From contig CAWDKY010000014.1 of assembly GCA_963802945.1 (NCBI GenBank), positions 96,001 through 160,000 on the forward strand: 64,000 nt of DNA. The letters run 5' to 3'. The position numbers and the translations under genes were made by a program. Under the pieces are notes generated by a model. It worked only from the letters and a program-made list of their open reading frames with translations, ran no database searches and was not told where the DNA came from. Below are positions 1 through 11,500 of the stretch, in pieces. The DNA comes from an uncultured delta proteobacterium. GTDB lineage: Bacteria > Desulfobacterota > RBG-13-43-22. Within the stretch, counting starts at the first letter, position 1. The number at the start of each line of letters is the position of its first letter.

Positions 1-2
1 CC

Positions 3-320
3 TTGACCTATATCTATGGGATTGGGCGGGCTACCTCCAAGAAGATTTTGGAGGAGGCCCAAATCGCTTTGGATACCAAAACCGATCAGTTGACAGAAAC
101 CCAGATCGCCCAAATCCGAAAGGCGGTTGACAGTACCTGCCGGGTGGAAGGGGATCTGAGAAGAGAAATCTCCACGAGTATTAAACGGTTGATGGATACG
201 GGGACCTATCGGGGCTTGAGACATCGAAAATCTCTTCCGGCCCGCGGACAACGAACCCATACCAATGCCCGAACCCGCAAAGGGCCGCGTCGAACGCTGG
301 CTGGCAAAAAGAAAAAATAA
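3..320 (+). CDS. rpsM: 30S ribosomal protein S13 (5' truncated by window edge)
   Basis: IYGIGR...[27 protein letters not shown]13 signature; first gene of the alpha operon order. Confidence 0.97.
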   Translation: MTYIYGIGRATSKKILEEAQIALDTKTDQLTETQIAQIRKAVDSTCRVEGDLRREISTSIKRLMDTGTYRGLRHRKSLPARGQRTHTNARTRKGPRRTLAGKKKK

Positions 321-335
321 CTTTCTGGGGGAATC

Positions 336-731
336 ATGGCCAAAGAGGTAAAAAAGACCGTTAAGAAAAGAAAAGAAAAGAAAAATATCCCTATCGGGAT
401 TGTCCATATTCAGTCCACCTTCAATAATACGATCATCACGATTACGGACCCCAACGGGAACGTGGTCTCCTGGGCCAGCGCGGGCACTCAAGGGTTTAAA
501 GGTTCTCGGAAAAGCACCCCTTTTGCCGCCCAATTGGCGGCCGAGGAGGCTGCCAAAAAAGCGATGGATAACGGGATGCGTTCCGTGGACGTTTTCATTA
601 AAGGCCCGGGAGCAGGGCGGGAAGCGGCCTTGAGGGCCTTGCAGGCGACGGGTTTTCAGGTCAAATTGATCCGGGATGTGACTCCCATCCCTCACAATGG
701 GTGTCGTCCTCCCAAAAAACGAAGGGTTTAA
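336..731 (+). CDS. rpsK: 30S ribosomal protein S11
   Basis: [12 protein letters not shown]...[11 protein letters not shown]...[18 protein letters not shown] signature. Confidence 0.98.
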   Translation: MAKEVKKTVKKRKEKKNIPIGIVHIQSTFNNTIITITDPNGNVVSWASAGTQGFKGSRKSTPFAAQLAAEEAAKKAMDNGMRSVDVFIKGPGAGREAALRALQATGFQVKLIRDVTPIPHNGCRPPKKRRV

Positions 732-763
732 TCCCTAAATCATCCATTCATAGGAGGAACAGG

Positions 764-1390
764 TTGGCTAGATATAGAGATTCGGTCTGCCGATTGTGCC
801 GGCGGGAAAACTTAAAAATGTTTCTTAAAGGGGATCGGTGTTATTCGGACAAATGCGGATTTGAACGACGCAGTTATCCCCCGGGGCAACATGGCCAGGG
901 GCGCGGCAAGCATTCAGAATACGGGATTCAGCTTCGAGAGAAACAAAAAGTCAAATGGATGTACGGGTTGCAGGAATCTCAATTCAGGGGAACTTTCGCC
1001 CGGGCCGAGCGATTGAAAGGGATTACCGGAACCAACCTTTTGGTTCTCCTGGAGAGGCGGTTGGACAATGTGGTTTTTCGATTAGGTTTTTCAAATTCTC
1101 GAAGTCAGGCTCGACAATTGGTTCGACATAATCATTTTCTGGTGAACGGCCGAGGGGTCAATATTCCTTCTTTCCTCTTGAAAAAAGGGGATACGGTGTC
1201 AGTCAAAGAGAAGAGCCGGAAGATGGCGTCCATTATTGAATCCATGGAGGCGGTTGCTCGCAGAGGGATTCCACAATGGTTGGAACTCGAGAAAACACAG
1301 TATTCCGGAGTCGTTAAATCTTTACCGGTTCGGGAGGATTTAACCATGCCTATTCAGGAACAGCTGATTGTCGAACTCTATTCCAAGTAA
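764..1390 (+). CDS. rpsD: 30S ribosomal protein S4
   Basis: TTG start at 764 after AGGAGG; ARY...[43 protein letters not shown]. Confidence 0.97.
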   Translation: MARYRDSVCRLCRRENLKMFLKGDRCYSDKCGFERRSYPPGQHGQGRGKHSEYGIQLREKQKVKWMYGLQESQFRGTFARAERLKGITGTNLLVLLERRLDNVVFRLGFSNSRSQARQLVRHNHFLVNGRGVNIPSFLLKKGDTVSVKEKSRKMASIIESMEAVARRGIPQWLELEKTQYSGVVKSLPVREDLTMPIQEQLIVELYSK

Positions 1391-1426
1391 TTTTCACCTC
1401 TTTTGGGAAAAGTTTAAGGAGAGCAT

Positions 1427-2443
1427 ATGTATCGGAACTGGCGAGAACTGATAAAGCCCAAAAGGCTGGAAGTGGATCCGGATGGTCACAGTCGATTTTA
1501 TGGGAAATTCATCTGTGAACCTTTGGAACGAGGTTTTGCGATTACCCTGGGAAATGCTTTGCGAAGGGTCCTTATTTCTTCACTTCAAGGGGCGGCTATT
1601 GTCTCCGTGAAGATTGATGGGGCTCTCCATGAATTTTCCATTCTACCCGGGGTGGTGGAAGATGTCACCGATATCATCTTGAATCTTAAGGCGGTTCGTT
1701 TGAAGATGCACGGGGAAGAACCGCGGACGATCAAGCTCAATGCCAATAAGGAAGGGGTGGTTCGGGCCGGTGATCTGATTTGTGATCATCAGGTGGAGGT
1801 CTTGAATCCCGAGCTTCCCATTGCCACGCTTTCAGCCGACGGCCGATTGAAGGCCGAAATGACGGCTAAAATGGGTAAGGGGTATGTCCCTTCGGAGAGA
1901 AATAAGGTGGAAAACGCCCCCATTGGGACAATCTTTTTGGACAGTGCTTTTTCTCCGATCAAAAAGGTGACCTACGTCGTGGGTAATGCCCGAGTCGGTC
2001 AAATCACGGATTACGACAAGCTGACCCTGGAGATCTGGACGGATGGCAGTCTCACTCCGGAAGATTCAGTGGCCATAGCGGCCAAGATTTTAAAAGAGCA
2101 GTTGACCCCTTTCATCAATTTTGAAGAAGAAATCGAAGAGCCGGAACGGAAGGAAGTCATTCGTCCGGAGGAACAAGTCAATCAGAATTTATATAAGAGC
2201 GTCGAAGAGCTGGAACTTTCCGTTCGATCGGCCAACTGTCTTAAAAATGCCGATATCCGCCATATTTGGGAACTGGTCCAAAGGACGGAACCGGAAATGT
2301 TAAAGACCAAGAATTTCGGTCGGAAATCGTTGAATGAGATCAAAGCCATATTGGATGAAATGGGTTTGCATTTAGGGATGAAGCTGGATGGGTTTGTACC
2401 CCCCTTGCCGGAAGAAAAGAAGGGAAAGGATAATGAGACATAA
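1427..2443 (+). CDS. rpoA: DNA-directed RNA polymerase subunit alpha
   Basis: [19 protein letters not shown]; alpha-[17 protein letters not shown]...[12 protein letters not shown]. Confidence 0.98.
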   Translation: MYRNWRELIKPKRLEVDPDGHSRFYGKFICEPLERGFAITLGNALRRVLISSLQGAAIVSVKIDGALHEFSILPGVVEDVTDIILNLKAVRLKMHGEEPRTIKLNANKEGVVRAGDLICDHQVEVLNPELPIATLSADGRLKAEMTAKMGKGYVPSERNKVENAPIGTIFLDSAFSPIKKVTYVVGNARVGQITDYDKLTLEIWTDGSLTPEDSVAIAAKILKEQLTPFINFEEEIEEPERKEVIRPEEQVNQNLYKSVEELELSVRSANCLKNADIRHIWELVQRTEPEMLKTKNFGRKSLNEIKAILDEMGLHLGMKLDGFVPPLPEEKKGKDNET

Positions 2444-2894
2444 TTGTGCCGGAAGGCAATTGAGTCGTGATGCCAGCCACCGGAAGGCCTTGATGCGTAA
2501 TATGGTTACTTCCCTTCTGGAGCATGAACGTATCGAAACTACTCTGGCAAAGGCCAAAGAACTGCGGATCGAAGCTGATCATATGATTACTCTAGCCAAG
2601 CAGGGAGATCTTCATGCCCGCCGACAGGCCTTAGCCTATATTCAGAACAAGCAGATGGTCCATAAATTATTCGCCGAAATCAAAGACCGATTTTTGGAAC
2701 GAAATGGCGGTTATACCAAAATCACTAAATTGCGCTATCGCCAAGGAGACGGAGCTCCAGTTTCGGTAATCGAATTGCTCGGGCGCCCTGAAGCGAAAAA
2801 AATCAAAAAGAAAAAGAGTAAGACCCAGGAAGCTGTGGATAAGGTGAAAGGCATGATGCCTGGCCAGGGGAAGAAGGAAGAAACGGACGAGTAA
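2433..2894 (+). CDS. rplQ: 50S ribosomal protein L17
   Basis: ATG at 2433 overlaps the rpoA stop; MRH...[30 protein letters not shown]...RNGGYTKI. Confidence 0.97.
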   Translation: MRHNCAGRQLSRDASHRKALMRNMVTSLLEHERIETTLAKAKELRIEADHMITLAKQGDLHARRQALAYIQNKQMVHKLFAEIKDRFLERNGGYTKITKLRYRQGDGAPVSVIELLGRPEAKKIKKKKSKTQEAVDKVKGMMPGQGKKEETDE

Positions 2895-2917
2895 AAAAAC
2901 AAGGCTTCGGAAAAGGA

Positions 2918-2945
2918 TTGACACTTATTATTTTTTGAGTAAAAT
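2918..2945 (+). promoter_or_regulatory. sigma70-type promoter for tRNA-Met
   Basis: TTGACA-N16-TAAAAT, ending 14 nt upstream of the tRNA. Confidence 0.7.
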
Positions 2946-2959
2946 ATTTAAATAATTAT

Positions 2960-3036
<77 letters not shown>

Positions 3037-3048
3037 AAAAGAAGACGT

Positions 3049-3080
3049 AAGGGTTGGAGGTTTCCTCTAACCCTTTTTTT
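3049..3080 (+). terminator. Intrinsic terminator after the tRNA
   Basis: AAGGGTTGGAGG-TTT-CCTCTAACCCTT followed by a T-tract. Confidence 0.8.
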
Positions 3081-3256
3081 GTGGGTTATCCCAGAGGCAT
3101 AAAAAATGGTGGATTAAAGACTCGACTTCAGGACTTTGAGGTATAAAGATTTTTCAAAATTGGCGGACAGGACGTTTGCCCAGAACTCTCTGATCAGAGA
3201 GTTCTCCAGTAAAGGTGCATAAAAATCGTTGACGAATCAAATTGTAAAAATTATTC

Positions 3257-3285
3257 TTGACATGAAAGCCTGTTTTCCTTAAATT
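3257..3285 (+). promoter_or_regulatory. sigma70 promoter of the glp-hdr operon
   Basis: TTGACA-N17-TAAATT. Confidence 0.65.
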
Positions 3286-3323
3286 AATTTTAACAAAAGG
3301 AAATTTTATCCATCAATGATTGG

Positions 3324-3402
3324 GGCACGAGAATAAAGAGTAAGCCCTGATAGATGATGAACATTTAGGAAAAGTGTTCATTGTCCGTCAGGGCTTTTTT
3401 GT
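3324..3402 (+). promoter_or_regulatory. 5' leader with intrinsic terminator, putative GlpP-responsive antiterminator site
   Basis: Purine-rich GAGAATAAAGAG, then a ~25-bp hairpin with several G:U pairs (AAGCCCTGA...TCAGGGCTT) and a T-tract, between promoter and glpA; glpP lies in the same cluster. Confidence 0.75.
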
Positions 3403-3503
3403 TCCAAGATTTTTCAGGACTGCTTGAAAGGGAAGTATTTGAAAACGATTTTTTTATTATCGGAAGCGGGAGAGGATAATGGCCTTGTCCAAGGGGGTGC
3501 CTT

Positions 3504-5051
3504 TTGAAGACCCAGGTACTCATTATCGGGGGAGGGGCTACCGGCACCGGACTGGTGCGGGACCTGGCTCTTCGCGGTGTTCAATGCCTTCTGGTTGAAA
3601 AAAAGGACATCAATGCCGGGGCTTCGGGAGCGAATCACGGTCTTTTGCACAGCGGGGGCCGATACGTCGCCTCCGATCCCACCGCCGCCCAAGAATGCCG
3701 AAATGAAGCTGACATAATCAGACGTGTCGCTCCTCAATGTATTGAAGATACGGGCGGTCTTTTCGTGGCTGTGGAAGGCGACGATGAGAAATTTATCGCC
3801 GATTTTCCCCGCATGTGCGAACGGTCCGGAATCCTCGCGGAAGCGGTTGATCTAAAGGAAGCCCGTATTCTGGAACCGGCCCTTTCGGAAAAGATCATCG
3901 CCGCCTACAAGGTAAGAGATGGGGCCATTGATCCTTTCAAGCTTTCCCTGGATAATCTTTCCCAAGCCCAAGAACTGGGATCCATCCTTTTACGTCATAC
4001 CATGGTGTCAGCCTTCGACATTCGGGAATCAAAAATCAAATCGGTCCATTTACAACAGATCCAGACTGGAGAGGAGATGGTGGTTGAAGCCGATATGGTG
4101 GTCAATGCCGCCGGTGCCTGGGCAGGGCTGGTGGCCGGTTTGGCTGGAATTTCCATCCCAGTCCTCTATTCCAAAGGAAGCCTGGTCATTACCCACAATC
4201 GGATTGCCCGGAGGGTGATCAACCGTTTGCGTGCTGCCTCCAATGCCGATATCTTGGTGCCGGGAGGCACGGTTTCAATTTTGGGAACCACTTCAATCAG
4301 AATAGAAAATCCGGACGAAGTCTATCCAACAGTTGAAGAGATCGATTTGATGATTGAAGATGCCAAGGCCATGATCCCGGCTTTGGAGACGACAAGATAC
4401 ATCCGTGCCTACAGCGGCGTACGGCCGCTTATCGGATCGCTAACCAGCGGAGATGACCGCAGTGTGAGTCGCGGCTTTGCCCTCATGGATCACGGGGCTC
4501 AGGGTATAGATAATTTTATCACCATAACTGGCGGAAAGCTGACCACCTATCGCCTGATGGCCGAAAAAGCGGCCGATTTGGTTTGTCATCGTCTGGGGAT
4601 TTCAAGATCATGTCTAACCGGAACCGAACCGTTGCCAGCGTCACAGCTCGCTCAATGGACCGAACCTGCTTTGGCTCCTAAGACCTGGCTGAAAGGTCAT
4701 AGTCCGGAGGATCTTCTCCATTGTGAATGTGAGATGGTTCCCAAAAGTACGGTCGATGCCATCATTGCATCCCTTCATCAGCAGGGAGGGAGGGTTGATC
4801 TTCAGGGCATCGGCTTGCGCAGCCGGATTGGCAAAGGTCCCTGTCAGGGCGCTTTTTGCGGACCGCGACTTAGTGCTTATCTCTTTGAAAAAGGAGAGCT
4901 TGATCCCGGTCAATGCTTAGACGGTCTTCGGGATTTCGTCCGCAGCCGTTGGAAAGGCCTCTATCCTATCCTCTGGGGAGAGCAGCTTCAACAGTCTGAA
5001 TTATTGGAGGCGATGCATTGCGGAATACTGGGTTTGGAATTGGAGGAGTGA
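3504..5051 (+). CDS. glpA: Anaerobic glycerol-3-phosphate dehydrogenase subunit A
   Basis: IIGGGATG FAD motif, GASGANHGLLHSGGRY, ITGGKLTTYRLMAE, C-terminal BFD-like CECE...GPCQGAFC. Confidence 0.93.
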   Translation: MKTQVLIIGGGATGTGLVRDLALRGVQCLLVEKKDINAGASGANHGLLHSGGRYVASDPTAAQECRNEADIIRRVAPQCIEDTGGLFVAVEGDDEKFIADFPRMCERSGILAEAVDLKEARILEPALSEKIIAAYKVRDGAIDPFKLSLDNLSQAQELGSILLRHTMVSAFDIRESKIKSVHLQQIQTGEEMVVEADMVVNAAGAWAGLVAGLAGISIPVLYSKGSLVITHNRIARRVINRLRAASNADILVPGGTVSILGTTSIRIENPDEVYPTVEEIDLMIEDAKAMIPALETTRYIRAYSGVRPLIGSLTSGDDRSVSRGFALMDHGAQGIDNFITITGGKLTTYRLMAEKAADLVCHRLGISRSCLTGTEPLPASQLAQWTEPALAPKTWLKGHSPEDLLHCECEMVPKSTVDAIIASLHQQGGRVDLQGIGLRSRIGKGPCQGAFCGPRLSAYLFEKGELDPGQCLDGLRDFVRSRWKGLYPILWGEQLQQSELLEAMHCGILGLELEE

Positions 5052-5165
5052 AAAAGGATTCACCTAAACGGGATACTGGACTCCAATTTGAGTAATTACT
5101 TTAGGAAAGATTGTATATCAAAATTGATGGGTAAACTAGCCTGCCATAAACGCAGGTGTATTATC

Positions 5166-5227
5166 GTCATGCCGGACTTGATCCGGCATCCAGTTTTTTT
5201 CTGGCTTACGGCTTTCGCCGGAATGAC
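5166..5227. repeat. GTCA...TGAC palindromic REP-like element (family copy 1)
   Basis: GTCATGCCGG...CCAG / CTGG...TTCGCCGGAATGAC; related copies at 7204, 14777 and 50881. Confidence 0.75.
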
Positions 5228-5283
5228 TATCTCGAAATACACCACAAGGAAAATGCCTTTAGAAGTTTAAAACTCAAATTAAG

Positions 5284-6578
5284 ATGCATGATCTGGAACC
5301 TATCAAAGTCGATTTGACTGTCATCGGGGCCGGAATGGCCGGTATGGCGGCCACGCTGTTTGCAGTCAACCGTGGTCTATCCGTGGCCCAGGTGGGTCGT
5401 ACCAGTGAGATCGGATTTGCCAGTGGTTTATTCGATCTGCTCGGTGTACATCCCATGAGCGAAGGGAATCAGTGGGATGATCCCTGGGCAGGTATCGAGG
5501 CCCTGGTAAAGGATATCCCTGAACATCCTTATGCCCGATTGAGTAAAGAAGAAATCCGGTCCGCCCTTAGCGAACTGCTAGATTTTTTAGAAGGGGCAGG
5601 TCTTCCCTATTCCAGAAATCCCGATCGTAATGTCAGGATCTTTTCTTCCCTCGGGACGATCAAAACGACCTATGGTACACCCAGGACCATGTGGGCAGGG
5701 GTGCAGGCCCTGGAGCAGAAACGCCCCTGTCTGATCGTGGATTTCAAAGGGCTTAAAGGGTTCAGTGCCGAATTGATTGTACATAACCTACGCTCCCGGT
5801 GGCCGGGTTTACGCGCCGTCAGGATTACTTTCCCTGGAACGGAACGCAGAGAGGAAGTATTACCGGAACACTATGGCCAATGCCCTGATCCTGGCAGGCA
5901 ATCGGAAAAAGCTTGCCCAGCGGATACGACCGGAAATCAAAGATGCACAGAGCATAGGTCTGCCGGCCGTTTTGGGATTGTATCAATCCCCCAAAACGGC
6001 TTCTGATCTATCGGAATTGATCGGCGTTCCGGTCTTTGAAATATCCTACCATGCCGCCTTCTATTCCAGGGCTGCGCCTAAAAGAAGCCTTTGAACGGGG
6101 ACTGCGAGAAAGAAGGCCCTATTATTTTTCTCAAAAGAGAGTGGTTGAAACACGACTGGAGCCGGGCGGGGAATTTAAAATCGGTATTGAAAGTCCAACC
6201 GGAAAGCAGGTGATTTTATCCCAGGGGATCATTCTGGCCTCAGGGCGATTTATCGGCGGGGGATTGAGGGCCGATCGAAAGCATGTCCGGGAGACGATTT
6301 TTGATTTACCTGTTTCCCAGCCCGAGAGCAGAAATAAATGGCACAGGGAAGACTTTCTTGACTTGCGAGGCCATTCGATCAATCTGGCCGGGGTGGAGAT
6401 TGATGATTATTTCCGTCCGCTGAATCATCATGGCCAATCAGCTTTCAATACCCTGTTTGCAGCGGGTTCGATTCTTGCCCATCAGGATTGGAAACGGACG
6501 AAATGCGGTTCCGGCCTGGCCGTGGCCACGGCCTTCGGGGCAGTAAAGGCTTTTATCAATATCACTCGTAATGGATGA
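5284..6578 (+). CDS. glpB: Anaerobic glycerol-3-phosphate dehydrogenase subunit B, split by two +1 frameshifts (~5871, ~6044)
   Basis: VIGAGMAG, LGTIKTT, LPAVLG, PVFEI|PTMPPSIPGLRL, LASGRFIGGGL, CGSGLAVAT spread over three frames. Confidence 0.88.
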
Positions 6579-7158
6579 ATGGTATTTAAAGATGACGGAT
6601 TCCATAACACCGGGATATGAATTTACCGAAGAAGTCGAAAAAGGCGGATCCTTTAAGGTTGAGGTCTGCTTCCAATGCCGGAAATGCACCACCGGCTGTC
6701 CGGTGGCCTTTGCCATGGATCTGTTTCCCGACGAAGTCATCCGAATGGTGATTTTAGGTCAACGGGAAAAGGTGCTGAGTTGCCAAACGATCTGGATATG
6801 CTCAGCCTGTGAAACCTGTACTACCCGTTGTCCCAACGAGGTAAAAATCGCCGAACTCATGGATCATCTCAAAGAAATGGCTATAAGGGAGAACGTTCCC
6901 TGTCCAAAGCCGCAGGTTTTAAGTTTTCATAAAATTTTTTTAAAAAATATAGAAAAGCGGGGACGGATATTTGAATCAACGCTTCTGCCGGCCTATCTGC
7001 TTCGAAGCGGTCAGCTCCTTAAAAGATGGAAAGACGGCACTTGGCTGGCAGAACTCGGATTAGGATGGAAGTTGTTTTCCAAAGGGAGAATGCCCCTGTG
7101 GCCGCATAAAAATAAAGGGAAAAAGGAAATCAGCAAGATTTTATTCAGGGGTAAATGA
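6571..7158 (+). CDS. hdrC: Heterodisulfide reductase subunit C-like 2x[4Fe-4S] protein
   Basis: CFQCRKCTTGCP and IWICSACETCTTRCP motifs; adjacent to hdrB (alternative start 6592). Confidence 0.85.
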   Translation: MDEWYLKMTDSITPGYEFTEEVEKGGSFKVEVCFQCRKCTTGCPVAFAMDLFPDEVIRMVILGQREKVLSCQTIWICSACETCTTRCPNEVKIAELMDHLKEMAIRENVPCPKPQVLSFHKIFLKNIEKRGRIFESTLLPAYLLRSGQLLKRWKDGTWLAELGLGWKLFSKGRMPLWPHKNKGKKEISKILFRGK

Positions 7159-7203
7159 AAAAGCAGTCATCTAAGTCCATGTTGACAAATAGTTTCCAAG
7201 ATT

Positions 7204-7335
7204 GTCACCCCGGCGGACCCCGGATCAAGTCCGGGGCAGGCGCCGGGGTCCAGAAATCAAACGGGAGAACTTTGAATAAAATTAACGGCAGGAACCGTAC
7301 TCAGTCACCTGGATTCCGGCGTTCGCCGGAATGAC
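7204..7335. repeat. GTCA...TGAC palindromic REP-like element (copy 2)
   Basis: GTCACCCCGGCG...GGGTCCAG ... CTGGATTCCGGCGTTCGCCGGAATGAC. Confidence 0.75.
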
Positions 7336-7394
7336 GTTAATTTGGTTTTGGCGAAATTTAGAAATTCATAAAATAATTGTATACGAAAAGAAAT

Positions 7395-8252
7395 ATGAAA
7401 TTTTCTTATTATCCAGGGTGTTCGCTTAAAGGGACGGCCAAAGATTATGCCGAGTCGATCCTGGGCATCTGCCAGTCGCTTCAGATCGAACTGGAAGAAA
7501 TTCCGGATTGGAACTGTTGCGGGGCAACCGCGGCCCACAGTATTGATCATCAGGCGGGTATTGCTCTGGCTGCCAGGACCTTGAGTCTGGCGGCTAAAAT
7601 GCCCCATTCCCAAATGCTGGTCCCTTGCCCTTTGTGTTTCAACCGATTGAAAACGGCCTCTTATGCCTTACAGCAGGATCAAAATAATCGCTATAAAATA
7701 AAATTACCGGATTCGGTTCCAAAAATTTTGGATCTGGCAAATTTTTTTGCTACCGAAACGATGTTGGAAATCACGGCCCAAAAAATTCAAAAGCCCCTTA
7801 GGGGGTTAAAAGTGGTCTGCTATTACGGATGCATGGCCAACCGGCCGCCGAAGATCACGGAAGCTAAAGATTTTGAAAATCCTCAAGCTCTGGATCGTAT
7901 CGTGGCCAATTTGGGTGGCACGGTAATCCCCTGGCCTTATAAAACAGATTGTTGCGGTGCCTCGCAGGCCTTTTCGTTGGAGGATATTGAAAACAAACTG
8001 GTGAAAAAACTTTTAGATATGGCCCGGCGTGTCGGAGCACAGGGCATCGTGGTTTCCTGCCAGATGTGTCAGGCCAATCTGGATATGCATGATAAAAGGG
8101 CCGGAGGTGGGTCGAAAAATTCATCGTCTTTGCCGGTGTATTATTTTACCGAGTTGATTGGACTGGCCTTGGGAGTGAAGGGAGTTCAGAAATCGTTGTC
8201 GCGTCATATCGTTGATCCCATACCCCTTCTAAAAGGTCTGGGACTTTTTTGA
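7395..8252 (+). CDS. hdrB: Heterodisulfide reductase subunit B-like (two CCG domains)
   Basis: YYPGCSL, DWNCCGA, PCPLC, YYGC, TDCCGAS, SCQMCQANLD. Confidence 0.88.
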   Translation: MKFSYYPGCSLKGTAKDYAESILGICQSLQIELEEIPDWNCCGATAAHSIDHQAGIALAARTLSLAAKMPHSQMLVPCPLCFNRLKTASYALQQDQNNRYKIKLPDSVPKILDLANFFATETMLEITAQKIQKPLRGLKVVCYYGCMANRPPKITEAKDFENPQALDRIVANLGGTVIPWPYKTDCCGASQAFSLEDIENKLVKKLLDMARRVGAQGIVVSCQMCQANLDMHDKRAGGGSKNSSSLPVYYFTELIGLALGVKGVQKSLSRHIVDPIPLLKGLGLF

Positions 8253-8305
8253 GTGTAGTTGTAATTTCATTTTTTTAAAAAGAACTTTCAGGGACTATTA
8301 ATAAT

Positions 8306-8468
8306 AAGCACGAAATTCGAAGTCCGAAATTCGAAACAAATTCAAATGACCAAAATTAACAACCTCTTTCCCTCTGAGACGAATATTGTCAAAGGAGTGG
8401 ATGTTTCTGTCCATTTGATATTTATTATTTAGATTTGTTTCGTATTTCGATATTAGGATTTCGGATTT
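8306..8468. repeat. Inverted heptameric-repeat element (CGAAATT-type arms)
   Basis: AAGCACGAAATTCGAAGTCCGAAATTCGAAACAAAT ... ATTTGTTTCGTATTTCGATATTAGGATTTCGGATTT. Confidence 0.7.
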
Positions 8469-8524
8469 AATAAAACTAATGAACTCATTCGGGGCGGATA
8501 TCCAGTAATTGACAAGGGACCCAA

Positions 8525-11500
8525 TTGAATAACCAAATCCAAAAAATCGGATCCATTACCGTCATCGGCGGCGGCATCGCCGGGATCCAGGCGGCTTTGG
8601 ACGCAGCCAATTCGGGATTTAAGGTTTATCTGTTGGAAGAAAATTCCACCGTTGGCGGCGCCATGGCCCAACTGGATAAGACCTTTCCCACCAACGACTG
8701 TTCTTCCTGCATGATGGGGCCCAAAATGGTAGAACTCGCCAATCATCCCAACATTGAAATCCTCACCCGCACTTCGCTCGAGGGTATCGATGGCAGGCCC
8801 GGAAATTTCACTATTAAGATCAAGCGTGAACCGAGATTTATCAGGGAAGACCGCTGTACCGCCTGCGGTGAATGCGCCCGGGTTTGCCCGGTGGAATTGC
8901 CGGCCGACTTCAACTTGGGTTTGAATTCCCGCAAAGCCGTCTATCAGCATTTCCCCCAGGCCGTTCCAGCGGCCTTTGCCATTGACAAGACCGGCGTATC
9001 GCCCTGTAAGCAGGCTTGCCCGGCAGGAATAAGCGTACAGGGCTATATCTCTCTAATCGCCCAGGGGCGTTATCAAGAGGCCCTGCAACTGATCAAACAA
9101 AATAACCCTTTCCCAGCCATATGCGGTCGTGTCTGCACGCACCCCTGTGAAGAGGCTTGTAACCGAAGGCAGTTAGACGAGCCGGTAGCCACCGAATATT
9201 TGCATCGCTTTGTGGCCGATCTTGATCTGAAGGCCGAATCACCCTGCCTTCCGGCCAAAAAAGAATCCAAGAACAAGAAGGTGGCGGTGGTCGGTGCCGG
9301 TCCCGGCGGTCTTAGCGCCGCTTATTATCTGGCTGTTGAAGGGTATGAGGTCTGTGTCTTTGAAGCTATGGCGGAACCCGGCGGCTGGATGCGTTACGGT
9401 ATTCCCGAGTATCGTCTGCCCCGGAATATTTTACAGGCCGAGATCGAGATCATCAGAAAATTGGGAGTGCAAATACGTACCGGAGTATCTCTGGGCCAGG
9501 ACTTTTCCATCGGCAGTCTGCGGCAGGATGGCTATGCAGCCGTTTTCCTCGCCGTTGGGACTCAAAATGGCAGACTGTTGAATGTTCCGGGGGAGAATTT
9601 AAAGAATGTTTACTCCGGCGGTGATTTCCTCAAGGCGATCAACAGCGGGCAGGGCCTGACTCTTGGGACCAGGGTGGCGGTGATCGGCGGTGGTAATGTG
9701 GCCATGGATGCGGCCCGCACTGCCCTGCGCCTTGGAGCCCAAGAAGTCCATGTGCTCTATCGGCGCAGCCGCAAAGAGATGCCGGCCAACGAGGAAGAAA
9801 TTGCGGAGGCGCAGGAGGAAGGGATTCAGTTCCATTTTTTAACGGCTCCGGTTGAATTATTGCCGAACGATGTTGGGCGGGTGGGACAAATTCGCTGCCA
9901 GCGAATGAAGCTGGGAGAACCTGATTCCAGCGGCCGGCCGAGGCCGGTGCCGATTCCCGATTCCGAATATGAGATGCCCATTGACTGTGTGATCAGCGCC
10001 ATCGATTTTACTACCGATCTCAGTTGCCTTGATCAGGACCATGAAAACAACAAGCCGGCCGTTACCCGCCGAGGAACATTGGTCGCAGATCCGGTTACTA
10101 TGGCTACATCTATTCCTGGAATCTTTGCCGGAGGGGATGCGGTTACTGGTCCTGCCACCGTAGTTGAAGCCGTCCGGGCCGGCCATGAAGCCGCAATTTC
10201 TATAGGCCGGTATTTATGTGGTGAGGATTTGGCGGCAGGCCGGGGAAGAGATTGCCGGCCAGCCGAAATTCCCGCCGGGCCTCAGGCGTCGCTTCAAAGG
10301 ACCAAGATGCCGCAACTGGCTCCTGATGTGCGCAAACGTTCTTTTGAGGAAGTGCAAACAGGGTTTAACGAAGCTCAGGCCCGGGAAGAAGCCAAGCGAT
10401 GCCTGCAGTGCGGTTTATGCAGCGAATGCTATCGCTGTCTGGAGGTCTGTACGGCTCAGGCGGTGGACCACGATATGGAGCGATGTTATGAAGAATTACA
10501 AACCGGGGCGGTTATTGTAAGCGCCGGCTTTCAGCCTTTTGACGCCCGGCTCAAGCCTGAATACGGTTACGGTTTGTGGCCCAATGTTATGACCACTCTG
10601 GAATACGAACGGATGCTTTCGGCGGCCGGCCCTTTTTCCGGCCGCATCCAGCGCCTTTCGGATGGGAAAAAGGTGCACCGAATGGCCTGGATTCTATGTG
10701 TCGGATCGCGGGATGTTGGCATCGATCGAAATTATTGTTCCTCGGTCTGCTGCATGTCGGCCACCAAGCAGGCCATGATCACCAAAGAACATGATCCTCA
10801 AATCGAGACCGCGATTTTTTTTATCGACCTGCGGGCTCAGGGCAAAGGCTTCGACCGTTTCTATGAACGCGCCGAATCGGAATCCGGCGTGCGATATGTG
10901 CGTTCTATGGTTTCACGAGTGGTCCCGATACCGGAAACCGACCGGCTGCAAGTCACTTACAGCAACGATGAGCACCGGATACAAATGGAAGAGTTCGATC
11001 TGGTGGTCCTGTCCGTAGGTTTATGCGCCCATCCATCGGCGATCAACCTGGCTGAAAGGATAGGTCTTGAGCTTAATCCCTATGGATATTGCGCCACCCA
11101 TCCGTTGGACTCAACGGCGACATCACGGCCCGGTATCTTTGTGGCCGGGGTTTTTCAAGGGCCCAAGGATATTCCGGAGACGGTCCAACAGGGCAGCAGT
11201 GCAGCGGGAGGCGCCACCGCCTTGCTTTCCGATGTGCGCGGTTCGCGTATCAGCCTGCCGGTGCAGACACCGGAGCGGGATGTGACCGGCGAGCTGCCGC
11301 GCATCGGGGTTTTTGTTTGTCACTGCGGAACCAACATCGCCGGTGTAGTGGACGTGGACCGTATCGTCGATTATGTCAAGTCTTTGCCCAATGTGATTTA
11401 TGCCGCCAACGCCATGTTTGCCTGCTCGACCGACCAGCAGCGCGAAATCAAAAGAGTCATTGATGAGCATCGCCTCAATCGTCTGGTGGTGGCCTCCTGT

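Noticed and set aside
5871-6044. Programmed frameshifting in glpB
   Set aside because: No slippery heptamer or homopolymer at either site, and similar +1 insertions occur in many unrelated genes.
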